A DNA stretch of 64,000 nucleotides, from positions 2,790,001 through 2,854,000 of the forward strand of contig JBLDXI010000004.1 in the NCBI GenBank assembly GCA_047495785.1, read 5' to 3'. Below the pieces are notes generated by a model that ran no database searches, was not told the DNA's origin, and was given only the letters and a program-made list of their open reading frames with translations. The position numbers and the translations under genes are program-made. Numbering within the stretch: the stretch's first letter is position 1; every line of letters begins with the position of its first letter. Below, piece by piece: positions 37,801 through 48,869 of the stretch. Source of the DNA: Lepidodermella squamata (lineage: Eukaryota > Animalia > Gastrotricha).

Positions 37801-38423
37801 CCTATACCGTTAGAAATGGCGATTGCTTGCGCACATTCTAAAATTAACGCGCTGGCAATAGGACACAGTGGAGTGACGCGCGGCGCTAAAAATCGTTTTA
37901 CACAGTACTAATCAGCAACACAGTTTGCGCGCACACACCAAGTACACTTTGTAATTACCAGTGTAACCAATTTCTATTTTTTAATCACTGTCAGCAGGTA
38001 CCAGTTTGGATGTTATACCTATTAAAACGAATGGCGATAAATTCCGCATTCAACGGTGTAAAGCTCGTCTGTGAGCTATGCGCGCATCATGGTCAAAAAT
38101 CGATAAAATCATTTGAAAAATGCAAATTACTCCAAAATGGTCGCTCGAGCGACCAATGGAAAAATCGACGCTCACAAAATTCCCGCAACCTGTATATAGG
38201 CTTGGCCTATACCGTTAGAAATGGCGATTGCTTGCGCACATTCTAAAATTAACGCGCTGGCAATAGGACACAGTGGAGTGACGCGCGGCGCTAAAAATCG
38301 TTTTACACAGTACTAATCAGCAACACAGTTTGCGCGCACACACCAAGTACACTTTGTAATTACCAGTGTAACCAATTTCTATTTTTTAATCACTGTCAGC
38401 AGGTACCAGTTTGGATGTTATAC
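25880..38423 (+). repeat. 405-bp tandem array, ~31 near-identical copies
   Basis: Exact 405-bp periodicity of the ORF track from 26265 to 38010. The only variant I noticed is one A/G site. Confidence 0.98.
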
Positions 38424-38798
38424 ATATTGCTACGTGAAACGTGAAATGTGAGATACAACGGTGCCAAAGGTGTTATGCACACATGTCATCCGACCACGTC
38501 TCGCTCAGTGGATGATTTGTAGTCGTCTGCGTCATCATGGCGTGCCGCGTTTCGGCTCAGCTACGTCTGATTAGCAATAGCAACGGTCTGCAGCCGCACG
38601 GCTGCGCAATCGACGACGTCACTGTAACGGTCGTCGAGCCTACACTGTCGTATTCTACATCGAACTACTTTATCGAGTTTGGAACAATTCGGATGCGTAT
38701 TTTTGTCATTTTTTGATACCTGTTTCTTGAAATATTTGCTTGTTATTAGAATCCTTTTCCATTTCATCACTTTAATTTTGTTTTGCTATCTGTTTCTC

Positions 38799-39942
38799 AT
38801 GGCAAAGCCGGAAGAGTACGTTTTATTGTTGGCCCATCAATAATTGGAAATAACTTTTTTGCGTTGCAGTTACTCGTTGGTTGGCATGTATCTTAAAACA
38901 AACAAACTCGCCCGCGCCTCTGAAGAAGTCAATATCGAAGCACGCCGCATAAGTCTCGATTCCGTTCCGTCAGAGCCTATCGATGGGCAGCGTATCGAGG
39001 GCATTCTTCTGTTTTCAAAGCGGCGCAGTGCAGATCAAAGCCGAGCAAAAGCAATCCCGAACAGTCCGAACATAAAGTCCAAAGTTGAAGGTGCCTACTT
39101 GAGGTTCATGGTTTTCGGGTAAGTGAATGATGAAACGATATGCTATTCCTTATATTTTCGCCCTTTATCCTAGATGTGTCGATGAAAGCGACGAAGCATT
39201 TGTTGTCGTCGTGAAGGACACACCGGCTGGTCGTCTAGCGCTGTCGTTCGGCGATCAAATAACACCTGGGGCTCGGCTGTCAATTAGCAACCCCGTATCC
39301 GTGAGCCAGTGGAAAACGATGAAGGTAATTGGCACTGATTGCCTTGTTCCTGCGGTGTCGCCCGTCCCCAGGAGCGTTGTCGAGCTCCCGTTCGAAGGCA
39401 TCCCTCTTGCTGAGCGATTTCACGCCTTTCGAGCAGACATCGATGTATTGGAGGTCATGGAGGTGGCTTTTTGCACTGCATGCGGCCGAAGCTGTGATGG
39501 CAGGTATGGCACCTGTTGCAGTTGTGTCGGCGGTTTTCGCTTTGTCACCATTAAAACGCTGCCTGGCATTCGCGTGAAAGCGGCGGCTTTTCGTGGTCTC
39601 AGCGCTGCTGTCTACTATTCTGTAGAACTTGCCCGCCGCTTGGTCCCCGAGCAAGTGCTTCAAGGCGACTGCGACTACGGCATCGTGACTCGCCACATTC
39701 GCCGGTCGATCGAGGCGCACCGCGGCGGTTTTCGAGCTATTTTCTGGGCGAAACCGGCAAAAGCACCGGATTCTGATGTACCGTCGTTTCATCGGATCCA
39801 CATCGCACGCCTCATTCCTTTGGGTGACCCCCTCCCGATGCTAGCGATTGCTGATGCCGTTGTGCCACCAGTGCCGGTACAGGGTGGCAATGTTGTCGAA
39901 AATTTGAACGGCGATCAACCGCCAGCTGCTACAGACAATTGA
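38799..39942 (+). CDS. Putative ssDNA-binding OB-fold protein with a Cys-rich Zn ribbon (RPA70C-like layout), 3 exons, ~344 aa
   Basis: Exons 38799-38815, 38870-39118 and 39174-39942 splice in frame. Beta-rich segments, CTACGRSCDG..TCCSC, and a terminal GGFRAIFWAKP...HIARLIP strand. The fold assignment is inference. Confidence 0.5.
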
Positions 39943-40276
39943 TATTCTGAGTATGTTAACGACTGAACCGTTACTAGTTTACTAAATAGTCATTTACGCC
40001 GAACTAGGCCACTGACTGCGTGTTGTCGTTGTTTCTTGTTATTTATGTGTGTGCGTGGTGTATAATATTGTTTGCACTACTTCGTAGTTATTGTATACAT
40101 TTATGATGACAATAAAACATTTGGTATTTATTTGGCTATCAGTGAAGTTTATTTCTCGGCATTAACAAACGGAGCAAGAAGAATCAACAACAAGTAGCCA
40201 GTAACAACAAAACAAACGGCGGAAGCAATCAATCGATAGGCAGGAGAGTATGAGACAGGCGAGAGTGAGAGTAAGA

Positions 40277-40726
40277 TTAGAGCGAATCGTAGAAGTCCGG
40301 GTTCAAATCCATGACCTCCACGAGCTGGGATTTTAGTTTGTAGAGCTTGCTTATTGGGAATGACAGGTTTAAAAATTTGGGGAATTCTTTATACTCCTGA
40401 TAGGTCAGGAGCATCGTCATACACCACGTCTTGCCCCAACCATGCTTGAGGCTTATCTTCGCCAAAAATGCGCTCTGAGAGTCTGCCGATTCCCTTCTTA
40501 ACATATCAATCGCTTGGCCGACGGCGAAGGCCTGATGGAGCTTCACCGACGCCATCGACTCCAGAACATGCTTTCCCTGGTGAACGTATTTTATGGCCTC
40601 ATCGATTGAGCATTCGGGTACGAAGTCATCCATGGTCGCGTCGTCAGGGTGCGTGCCTACATAAAGTTTCCTAACGGCCTTTTCGACTTGCTCAGGCGTC
40701 TTGAGTGAGTGCTCGATGCCACTGAT
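40277..40726 (-). CDS. Terminal exon of a small alpha-helical protein of unknown function (5' exons apparently lost)
   Basis: Acceptor tttgattctttAG at 40727, then 149 open codons: ISGIEHSLK...FAVGQAIDMLRRE...FLAKISLKHGWGKTWCMTMLLTYQEYKEFPKF. Convergent poly(A)-like signals near 40110-40150. Confidence 0.6.
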   Translation of the reverse strand: MSGIEHSLKTPEQVEKAVRKLYVGTHPDDATMDDFVPECSIDEAIKYVHQGKHVLESMASVKLHQAFAVGQAIDMLRRESADSQSAFLAKISLKHGWGKTWCMTMLLTYQEYKEFPKFLNLSFPISKLYKLKSQLVEVMDLNPDFYDSL

Positions 40727-40770
40727 CTAAAGAATCAAATACTAAAATACGCCAATTATAAGCCAAAGAA

Positions 40771-43700
40771 ATGCATATAGTCACCCGACACGTATGTTCC
40801 AATGCTGGAGAGAGATGCCTCAAGCAACGCGGTGAAAACGGGGAAGAAATGTGCCGTGTTCGAGCTCATCCATGCTGTGAGGACTACTTTTATGAAGAAA
40901 AGGAGAAGTTATACGAAGAGGAAGTTTATGAGAAACTCGAATTAGCCGGGCTTGCTGAACGTGTTGCAGTTGGTGAAAACGGCGATAAGAAGTGGCGAAT
41001 CAAGTATGACAAACTGAGAGCTGGCGTCCATCATTACCCTCTTCGTCGATTCGAATGTGGTGTCAAAATGTTGCCTACTATTCCCTTATTTGCTGTTATG
41101 CTACGCTGCTCGTCTAATATACAAAGATGCGATGCAAGATTCATGGTGAGCTACCTCGTTAAGTATTGTGCCGGCAAAGAAGTGCGATACAAGCCGCCGA
41201 TAAAGAACACAAAAAATCCCGAAGAAATCGTATTCGATAAATCGACAGGGAATCTTCCTAATTTGAAAATTTCCGGAGTTGCTATAAACGAACAAAAGCG
41301 ACAAGTGAAATCGAAGCAAAAGCATCAGTCTAGCATCATGGAGGTAGCCGCAACAGAAATGCACTGGGTGGTCTGCGAATTCCCCTATACGTATACAAAT
41401 GTCGTGCACGTTCATTTGAACACTCAGCCACCAGAACACCGCCTCAACTACAAATCTCAAGTGAAGCGTGGGCCTTTAAAACCAGGTTAAAATGAATCAT
41501 ATTGACCTAGCCATAATATTTTCGGTTTTCATCATAGGTGTCAATCCCGTTCCAAACGACCCAAACGCATCAAGATACCACCTTAACCAACCTTGGCGCT
41601 TGTTCACTCGTGAGCAGATTCAACTGGCCCTTGAGTACATTGATACCAAAATACAACCCGGAGCAACGGAACGATGGAATATCCGGCCGCCGGAGTCGAT
41701 GATCTTTTCGAACCCTGAAATATTTCATCAAGTCTTTATAGCTTCAAAAGAAAAACAAGCGAATGACATCAGTGTCGAGGTTCACAACTCACCAATTCGA
41801 GACGCTTTGAATCGTGACTATAAAATCCGAGACTGCAGTTTGCAAGTTGGTCTTCGTTTTTTGGAAAGTCAGCCCGAGGATCATCCAGCACGCTCGGCTT
41901 TAATCTACATTTTCAGGTCACTAATACGTGGAGACGAAGATCTAGCAGATCGTTACCTCCATCGGTCAGGCTATGTTCGCGCGATAACAGTTCCATCCAC
42001 GATAACACCCTTCAATCGGCAGAAATTCTTGTATCACGCAATCATGACGCTAGGAAGCATGGAGAATGAGATGCAGGCTTTTTCATCACCTGTTTTCGCA
42101 ATCAATTTCGCAAATGCTCATCTGGTCTCACCTCCAGAATTGTTCGACGGTGCATTGGTCCAGCCGGATCTACAGCGTGATGTAATTGTCATTTTCCGGA
42201 GATTAATAACTGAACAGATGGTTTGGCTGCCTGTTTCTGCTAAACGACTCGGAACTTACATTTTAAAAACTTGGGAGACTCTCCAAGACTATTTTTTCGG
42301 CTCGCATAGCAATGATCATGATGTACCTGCTGTTTCGGCCTACGCTTTGAAAAGCCAAGCTAACGGCAAAATTTGTGATGCGGAGAGAATCTTTAAAGAA
42401 AGTCTTGTTCAAACTTGCCATGCGCAACTCAGCAGCAAAGTCGCTCTGCCTTCTATTTCGGAACTGCTAAATGCGAAAATTGAGAGTCCTGCAATATGGA
42501 CGCCCTCCATCTGCGAACGCTCTGGTAATGAGTTAAATTACTTAATACTCCTTCTTATTATTTCTACTCCTATTTACAGGTCTGACCGAAGAGTGTATTG
42601 CACAACAAGAGATGGCACTCAAGCATGGCCAGCGTAAAATCGATTCATTACTTTGCCATCGCGATGGCTTCCGTCATACCGTCTACGTTGGTCCACCGGG
42701 AGCTGGCAAAACCTTTCTTGCCCAAATTGTGGCTCTCTACGCTATTTCAAAAGGCTTCAACGTCTGTTTAACGGCGCTGACATCGGAGAGAGCCCGGTAT
42801 CTTGGTGGGCGGCATCTTCATTTAATTTTCCCTTTGCGTGTCATGCAGTGCTCTTACACACATGCTATGCTGGAGGCACAAGAATGCATTCGCTCCCTTG
42901 GCCGAGATCCTTTGAAAGCTGAGCTTCTGTACCGCATCGACGTATTTATCATAGAAGAAATCGGTCTCATTTCCGCTGAAATGTTCGCGGCACTTGACGC
43001 CGTCTTGAAATACGTCATGGGGAACGATTTAAAGTTTGGGGGGAAAATGGTCATTGCTACTGGCGATCACGCACAGCTGCAGCCAGTTCTCGGAAGACCA
43101 TTCTGGCTATCCACTCACCTGCTATTCAGCTTCGATGTTGTCGTACTTACTCACTACGTGAGGTCGGCGGAAGATTCTCAACTTCAAGAGATACTACATC
43201 TACTGCGCTTGCCGATTCTCAACGAAAGTCAACGACAATGGGTCACATCCATCATCATGAACAGGGCACAGTTCTTTTCATCCTGGGAAAACGTTCCTGA
43301 CGGATTGATGCGTATAGTTACAACGCGCGGGGCCCAAAAAGCAGTCATACGACAGTATCTCCAAAAAAAAGAGTCACAAGTTCACATGGTCAAATGCGTC
43401 GCTGTCGATGAGTTCCAGCGTGCAGCCGACGATTGGAAACCTACGACGAATAAAGCTCACGTAAACAAACTTGACAACGTGTGCTTGGAACCTCAAGAAC
43501 TGTTCTTATTCGTCGGAGAATATGTCTGCATGACATATAATAACGTCGTTGACGATCCAGCTTCTTCGTTTTCGCAAGGTCAACTCGCCATTATAGTCAG
43601 TATGCCGACTGATATTTCTCATTGCAAGGCCAAAGTAACAGTTCGCCTCGTACCCCCAGGCATTCGACCTACTGAACATGTTGCCGACGAATGGCCATTG

Positions 43701-44584
43701 GTAGATATTCCTCGACATCGCGGTATCTCGGTCATTATTGGCCCTGATGCAACGCGTGCGCGGCGCGTACAGTTCCCGTTTCGCTACTATGTTTGTTCAA
43801 CGGTTCACAGGATAATGGGCTCAACTTTGGAAGAAGGCGTTGCTATACAAATTTCGGATGTCGACCGAAATTTCAGAATGTGGGAAAAGGCGCAGTTCTT
43901 GGTGATGGTCTCCAGATGCAGGAACCTAAGTCGTGTCGCCTTCGTTACATCTAGCAAGGCTGCAACCGCTCGCGCAATTGACGGCATTTTGATGAAGGAG
44001 AGCCCGTACGACAAGGCTATCATCAACCGACTGCAGCAATTGAGCGTGCTAACTGCTGAGCAGCCTACCGTGGATATCGACGCGCCGGCTTTTTACATAA
44101 CGAATTCCATCTCGCCTACAGTAGAAAACGGCGTTGTCTACCATATTATCTCCCAAACACGCCCGTTTGTTTCCTATGTAGGCGAGACGATGTTCAGCGC
44201 CGAGAAACGTCTCCGAGAGCACAACGGCGGTATGACATCTATATGTTCAACTTGAATTTTTAATTCCATGCTTTTATTTCAGGCTGTGGTGCTGACTTCA
44301 CTCGCGGAGACACCTGGCTGCTGTATGGAATTATTCACGGTTTCGAAAATGCTGCGGATCGTAAAAAATTTGAAACCAGGGTTCACAGAAAGCTAGAATC
44401 GACTTTTTTTCCGTGGCACGTTCGAGCAGCTGTAACCGAGCTGGTGGCATCAATAAATGTTCATTGCCCAGCCAATCAGCAGTTGGCTATCGTTCAGTTC
44501 GGGAGATTGGACGAGCAGCGCGTTAGGCAACTCACCAATGCACGGATTCCTACGAGGCCGACAACCTTCGTCAAAGAAGATTAA
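40771..44584 (+). CDS. Rep-motif-3 / Pif1-RecD-type SF1B helicase / GIY-YIG nuclease fusion (4 exons, ~1217 aa)
   Basis: Exons 40771-41485, 41538-42524, 42580-44229 and 44283-44584 splice in frame. Motifs: PTIPLF..MLRCSSNIQRC....VSYLVKYCAGKE; GPPGAGKT; IIEEIG; GDHAQLQPV; RRVQFP..STVHRIMGSTL; VMVSR; VYHIISQ..VSYVGET..EKRLREHNGGCGADFT..TWLLYGIIHGF..RKKFE. Confidence 0.85.
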
Positions 44585-44749
44585 CATCAGCAAAATAACG
44601 CTTTCCTTCGTTTTTTTGTTACATCCCGGGCTGATGTGATCGCGAGCGACCTTAAGCAGATTGAGAATCCACGCAATGCCGCTTCATTTTATATATTCGT
44701 TCGCAATAAAACGTACATTTTTTATTGGAAAATATTCCAGATACTGTCG

Positions 44750-45965
44750 AGGGTGGGGCGAATAAATAAAACAATTCATTTATAGCTTCACTAAAAATAA
44801 TCCGAATTTGAAAATTTTTGCGGCAACCGGCAGCTGGTGCCCCGTTTTTCTAGATGGTTGCGCACCAAAGGTCCCACAGGGACGGAGTCCCCAATACAAA
44901 ATGCCGCATGGCGCTTTAGCTATCGCTGCCAAGCGTATGAGGTATATGGCGGTGCTGCATTTTTCGCGTAGGGAAACGAATATTTCAGTTATAAATATGA
45001 AAAAAATACTGAAAAATCGGCGAGCCTTTTAAGTCTCAGGTAAAAACTTTCCAGCATAATCGCAATTATTCCTGATTTTTAATAAATTAAAAACGAAAAA
45101 ATCGCTTTATCGATGACGCAACAACTTGACCTAACGGCGCTAGGTCACCGGTGCCGTACGCCACCACCGCCGCGCGCGCGACGGTCGCGCGCGCACACGA
45201 CACCTATTGCGTAATCGCCGGCGCACTGCTATAACCGCGCGCACACAGTGGCAGCGCTAGGAGCGCAACAGGTAGTGGCGCTCGAAACTTTTTATATGCC
45301 GTTAAAAACTTTTTATGAATTACCGGCCGCCTCCCTCCCCCGGGGGAGGGAGGCATCAATTATCTTTCTTGAAAAACGTGACATTCAACCCCGGTTTGGA
45401 GGGTGGGGGAAATAAAAACCGGCCGATCTTATTTCATCTATAACTTCACCAAAAATAATCCGATTTTGAAAATTTTTGCGGCAACCGGCAGCTGGTGCCC
45501 CGTTTTTCTAGATGATTGCGCGAACCAACCCGATAGGGTTCCCCTAGCGGCGGAGCCGCAGCCTGAACCGGAGGTCCAGCGCCTCTCTCTCAACTTCGCC
45601 GGTCGAGGCGACAATGGTAGAGGCGTTTTGCGCTGGACGAAAAACGAACCTAGGGAAACGAATTTTAACGATAAAAATATGGAAAAATAAGTCGTAGATA
45701 GATCTTGTTTTGAAGTTATGGGAAAAGTCTTTTTAGCCAATTTCACCGATCGGCTGATTTTTGGCGATTTTTTATTCATAAAAAAATGGAGAACTCCTCA
45801 TTAATATTCATGAGCTGCTTACGCCGCCGTCTGGGTCACGGTTACCGGCACCCTCATGACCGAGGTTAATTACCTCACACGCGAGAGCCGGGTCGTTGCG
45901 ATGCGCCACTTCGAAATGTCAATATAAAACCAGTTTGGCGGCCCTCCCTGGGGGGAGGGCTGCAT
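44750..45965 (+). repeat. Second block of the ~650-bp palindrome repeat, same orientation as 22815-25850
   Basis: 44850-45510 is nearly identical to 24110-24770. Palindrome at 45329-45354, with a degenerate copy near 45940-45963. Confidence 0.9.
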
Positions 45966-46086
45966 CAGTGACATTCTACAAAACATTCTGCATCGAACGG
46001 TCTAAATTTTGGTGCTAGGCGATAAACGGTTGATTTTATATCGAATTTACAAGTTGCGCACACTTGAAAAAATGGCCCTCGCTGAC

Positions 46087-48740
46087 GGTGTGTGAAATTT
46101 TCAGTGCGCGGATGACACCCAGATAGGTGCGGAATTTGTCGTGACAAAGTCGGATTTTTAGATACTAGAAAAGACGGCCGATTTTTTGGTACCAAAACCG
46201 CCGCGAGATTCGCAAGATTTCCTCTGAATATAGCGTTTGGCGCGCGACTGATTTTTAGTTAAAATTAAAATTTGAATTTTTTCGAGTTTCGTCAATTTTT
46301 TTGACACCTCACCCGGGTAGCGGTCATGTTTAATTGCACGTAGAATGTAGCAAATTTTGCGCTGAATTTTTATAGACCAACCGCACTATCGTAGCCCTTA
46401 TGGTTTTGGAGCTATAGGAGGCGCGGTAAATCGCGTTTTTAAGCCTATTTTTAGTGCGCGGCGGCGCTCACACACTCACTGAGAGTCGGTTTCTGTCAAA
46501 TTTTGGACACATGCAGCAGTTCTGTGCGCATATCCAAATAACACTGGTCGACGTAGAATTTCAAGACGAATCGAACAAGCCTAAGATCATCGTCGTAGCC
46601 CTCATAGTTTTTTGCCTATAGGAGGCGCGGTCGATCCACCTTAAAATTTCGAAATTTCGTTGTTTTTGTGAATTTTTTCGCGACGGTTTGGAAGAGACCC
46701 GGTGTAACATAACAACCATTTCTAGTACAAAATTTGACGGGCTTTCGAGAGATGAAAACCGCATGCCAACACCTATCACAGTTTTTTCCCAATAAGCCGA
46801 GCGGTAAAATATGAGATAAAAAACAGAATTGGTAAATCTCGAAATTTCGCTTCTACAAATCCAGGTCATATTTACCCGCAACTTCAGTGACGAATAATCA
46901 TGAGATAGAGGTAACTTGAGACGCTATATTGAATGGTAGACGCCACATGTTCACAGGGCACGCCCATTTGACGAACCGCCCTTGACAAAGTCAAATTTTT
47001 TTAAATTGTCGACTTACTTTACACTCTCATTTCAGTGGTATGGCTGGTTCGCGCTAATACCTTTATGATGCCAACGCTTAGAGCAAAGTCCGCTGGCCAT
47101 TTTGAGACCAGGCTGGTCGTTATACCCGGTGTGTGAAATTTTCAGGGCGCGTGTGACACCCTGATAGGTGCGGAATCTGTCTTGACAAAGTCGGTATTTT
47201 AGATACTAGAAAACACGGCCGATTTTTTGGTACCAGAACCGCCGGGAGATTCGCAAGATTTCCTTTGACTATAGCAGTTTGCGCGCGATGTATTTTTAGT
47301 GAAAATCAAATTTTATATTTTTTCGAGTTTCGCCAATTGTTTTGACATCTCACCCTGGTAGCGCTCATGTTTGAATACACCTAGAATGTAGGAAATTTTG
47401 CGCTGAATTTTTAGAGCCCAACCGCATAATCGTAGCGCTTATGGTTGTCGAGCAATAGAAGGCGCGGCAAATCGCGTTTTCAACCAATTTTTAGTGTGCG
47501 GCGGCGCTCACACACTCACTCAGAGCCGTTTTCTGTTAAATTTTCGACACGCGTAGCAGTTTTGTGCGCACATAGACATTATATAGGCCGACGTAGAATT
47601 TCAAGACGAATCGAACGACACTAGGCCCATCGTCGTAGCCCTTATAGTTTTTTGTCTATAGAAGGCGCGGCCGATCCACCTTAAAATTTCGAAATTTCGA
47701 CGTTTTTGAGAATCATTTCACGAGGATTAGGAATAGTCTCGGTTTAATAAAATAACCATGTCAAGTACAGAATATGACGGGCTTTCGAGAGATGAAAACC
47801 GCATGCCAACACCTTTCACAGTTTTTTGCCAATAGGCCACGCGGTATAATATGAGATAAAAAACAAACTGAGTAAATTTTCTAATTTCGATTATTTAATT
47901 CTGGGTGTAATTTAACTGCGAATTCAATTACGAATATTCATGAGAAATAGGTAACTCAAGGCGAGCCTTCAACTGGTCCACGCCCCACATTCACAGGACG
48001 CACCCATTTGACGCCACACCATTTGTCAAGTCAAATTTTCATAATTTTGTTGACCAACTTTGCACTCGCATTTTTTCTTTCACCGAAGTTGCGCTGATAT
48101 ATTAATGATTCAAACGCGTGGAGCATATTCAGCTAAGAATTTTGAGACCAGGCTGGTCGTTGTAGCCGCCGTAGTGATGGTGTTTTTCGCTGCGCGGTAA
48201 AACTTGGTTGTCCATATTTTTAGTGTGCGCACTCACGCAGTTAGGCTTACTCATTGCATTTTTGAGTGGTATGCAATATTTGTGCGCAAAGTTAGTTGCA
48301 ACCATCATGTGCAGAAAAATGCGAGGAATCGAACAATCCTACGCCCATCGTCGTAGCCCTCATAGTATTCTGCCTATGAGCAGGCGCGGTATAATTTGTT
48401 TCGACCCACCGTAAAACTTTCGAATTTCAATGTTTTTGTGAGTTTTTTCGCGACGGTGTAGAAGCGTCCCGGCGTAATATAATAGCCATGTCTACTACAA
48501 CATTTTGCGTGCTATTTTATGGTGAAAACCGCATGTCAATACCCCTCATGGTTTTTTGCCAATAAGGCACGCGGTATAATTTGAGATAAAAAACAGACCA
48601 AGTAAATTTTGAAATTTTGCTTCACCAATTCCGGGTCATTTTTATCTGGAATTGTATTGACGAATTTTCTTAACAAATAGATAACTCGAGGCGGCCTATC
48701 GAATGGTATATGCCCCATGTTCATAGGCTGCACCATGTGG
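46087..48740 (+). repeat. Diverged ~1040-bp tandem repeat (two full units and a partial third)
   Basis: GGTGTGTGAAATTTTCAG.GCGCG at ~46087 and ~47128; TTTGAGACCAGGCTGGTCGTT at 47101 and 48141; internal sub-repeat ATCGTAGCCC..ATAG..GGCGCGG. Confidence 0.85.
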
Positions 48741-48869
48741 GATGTGGGCAGCGCTCCCTTTGTTTAGGTCAAAATTTGATCGGAGCCGCGCCTACATGCA
48801 AACAAGTTTCACATATGTATCGTATATCATTCCATAGTTTTCGATAATTGAAATTGAAATTGAAATTGT

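Noticed and set aside
25881-38246. 31 tandem 78-aa ORFs as a real multigene array
   Set aside because: No recognisable motif, signal peptide, introns or poly(A) context. The recurrence simply follows from the DNA repeat.
25880-38423. CRISPR array, or 5S / SL-RNA / snRNA gene array
   Set aside because: There are no variable spacers. GTAATTACCAGT only faintly resembles nematode SL1, with no correct leader+GT and Sm-site arrangement, and no 5S sequence was recognised.
42612-44255. Host Pif1 or a prokaryotic RecD contaminant
   Set aside because: It has spliceosomal introns, is fused to a Rep motif-3 region and GIY-YIG, and sits in a repeat-bounded context.
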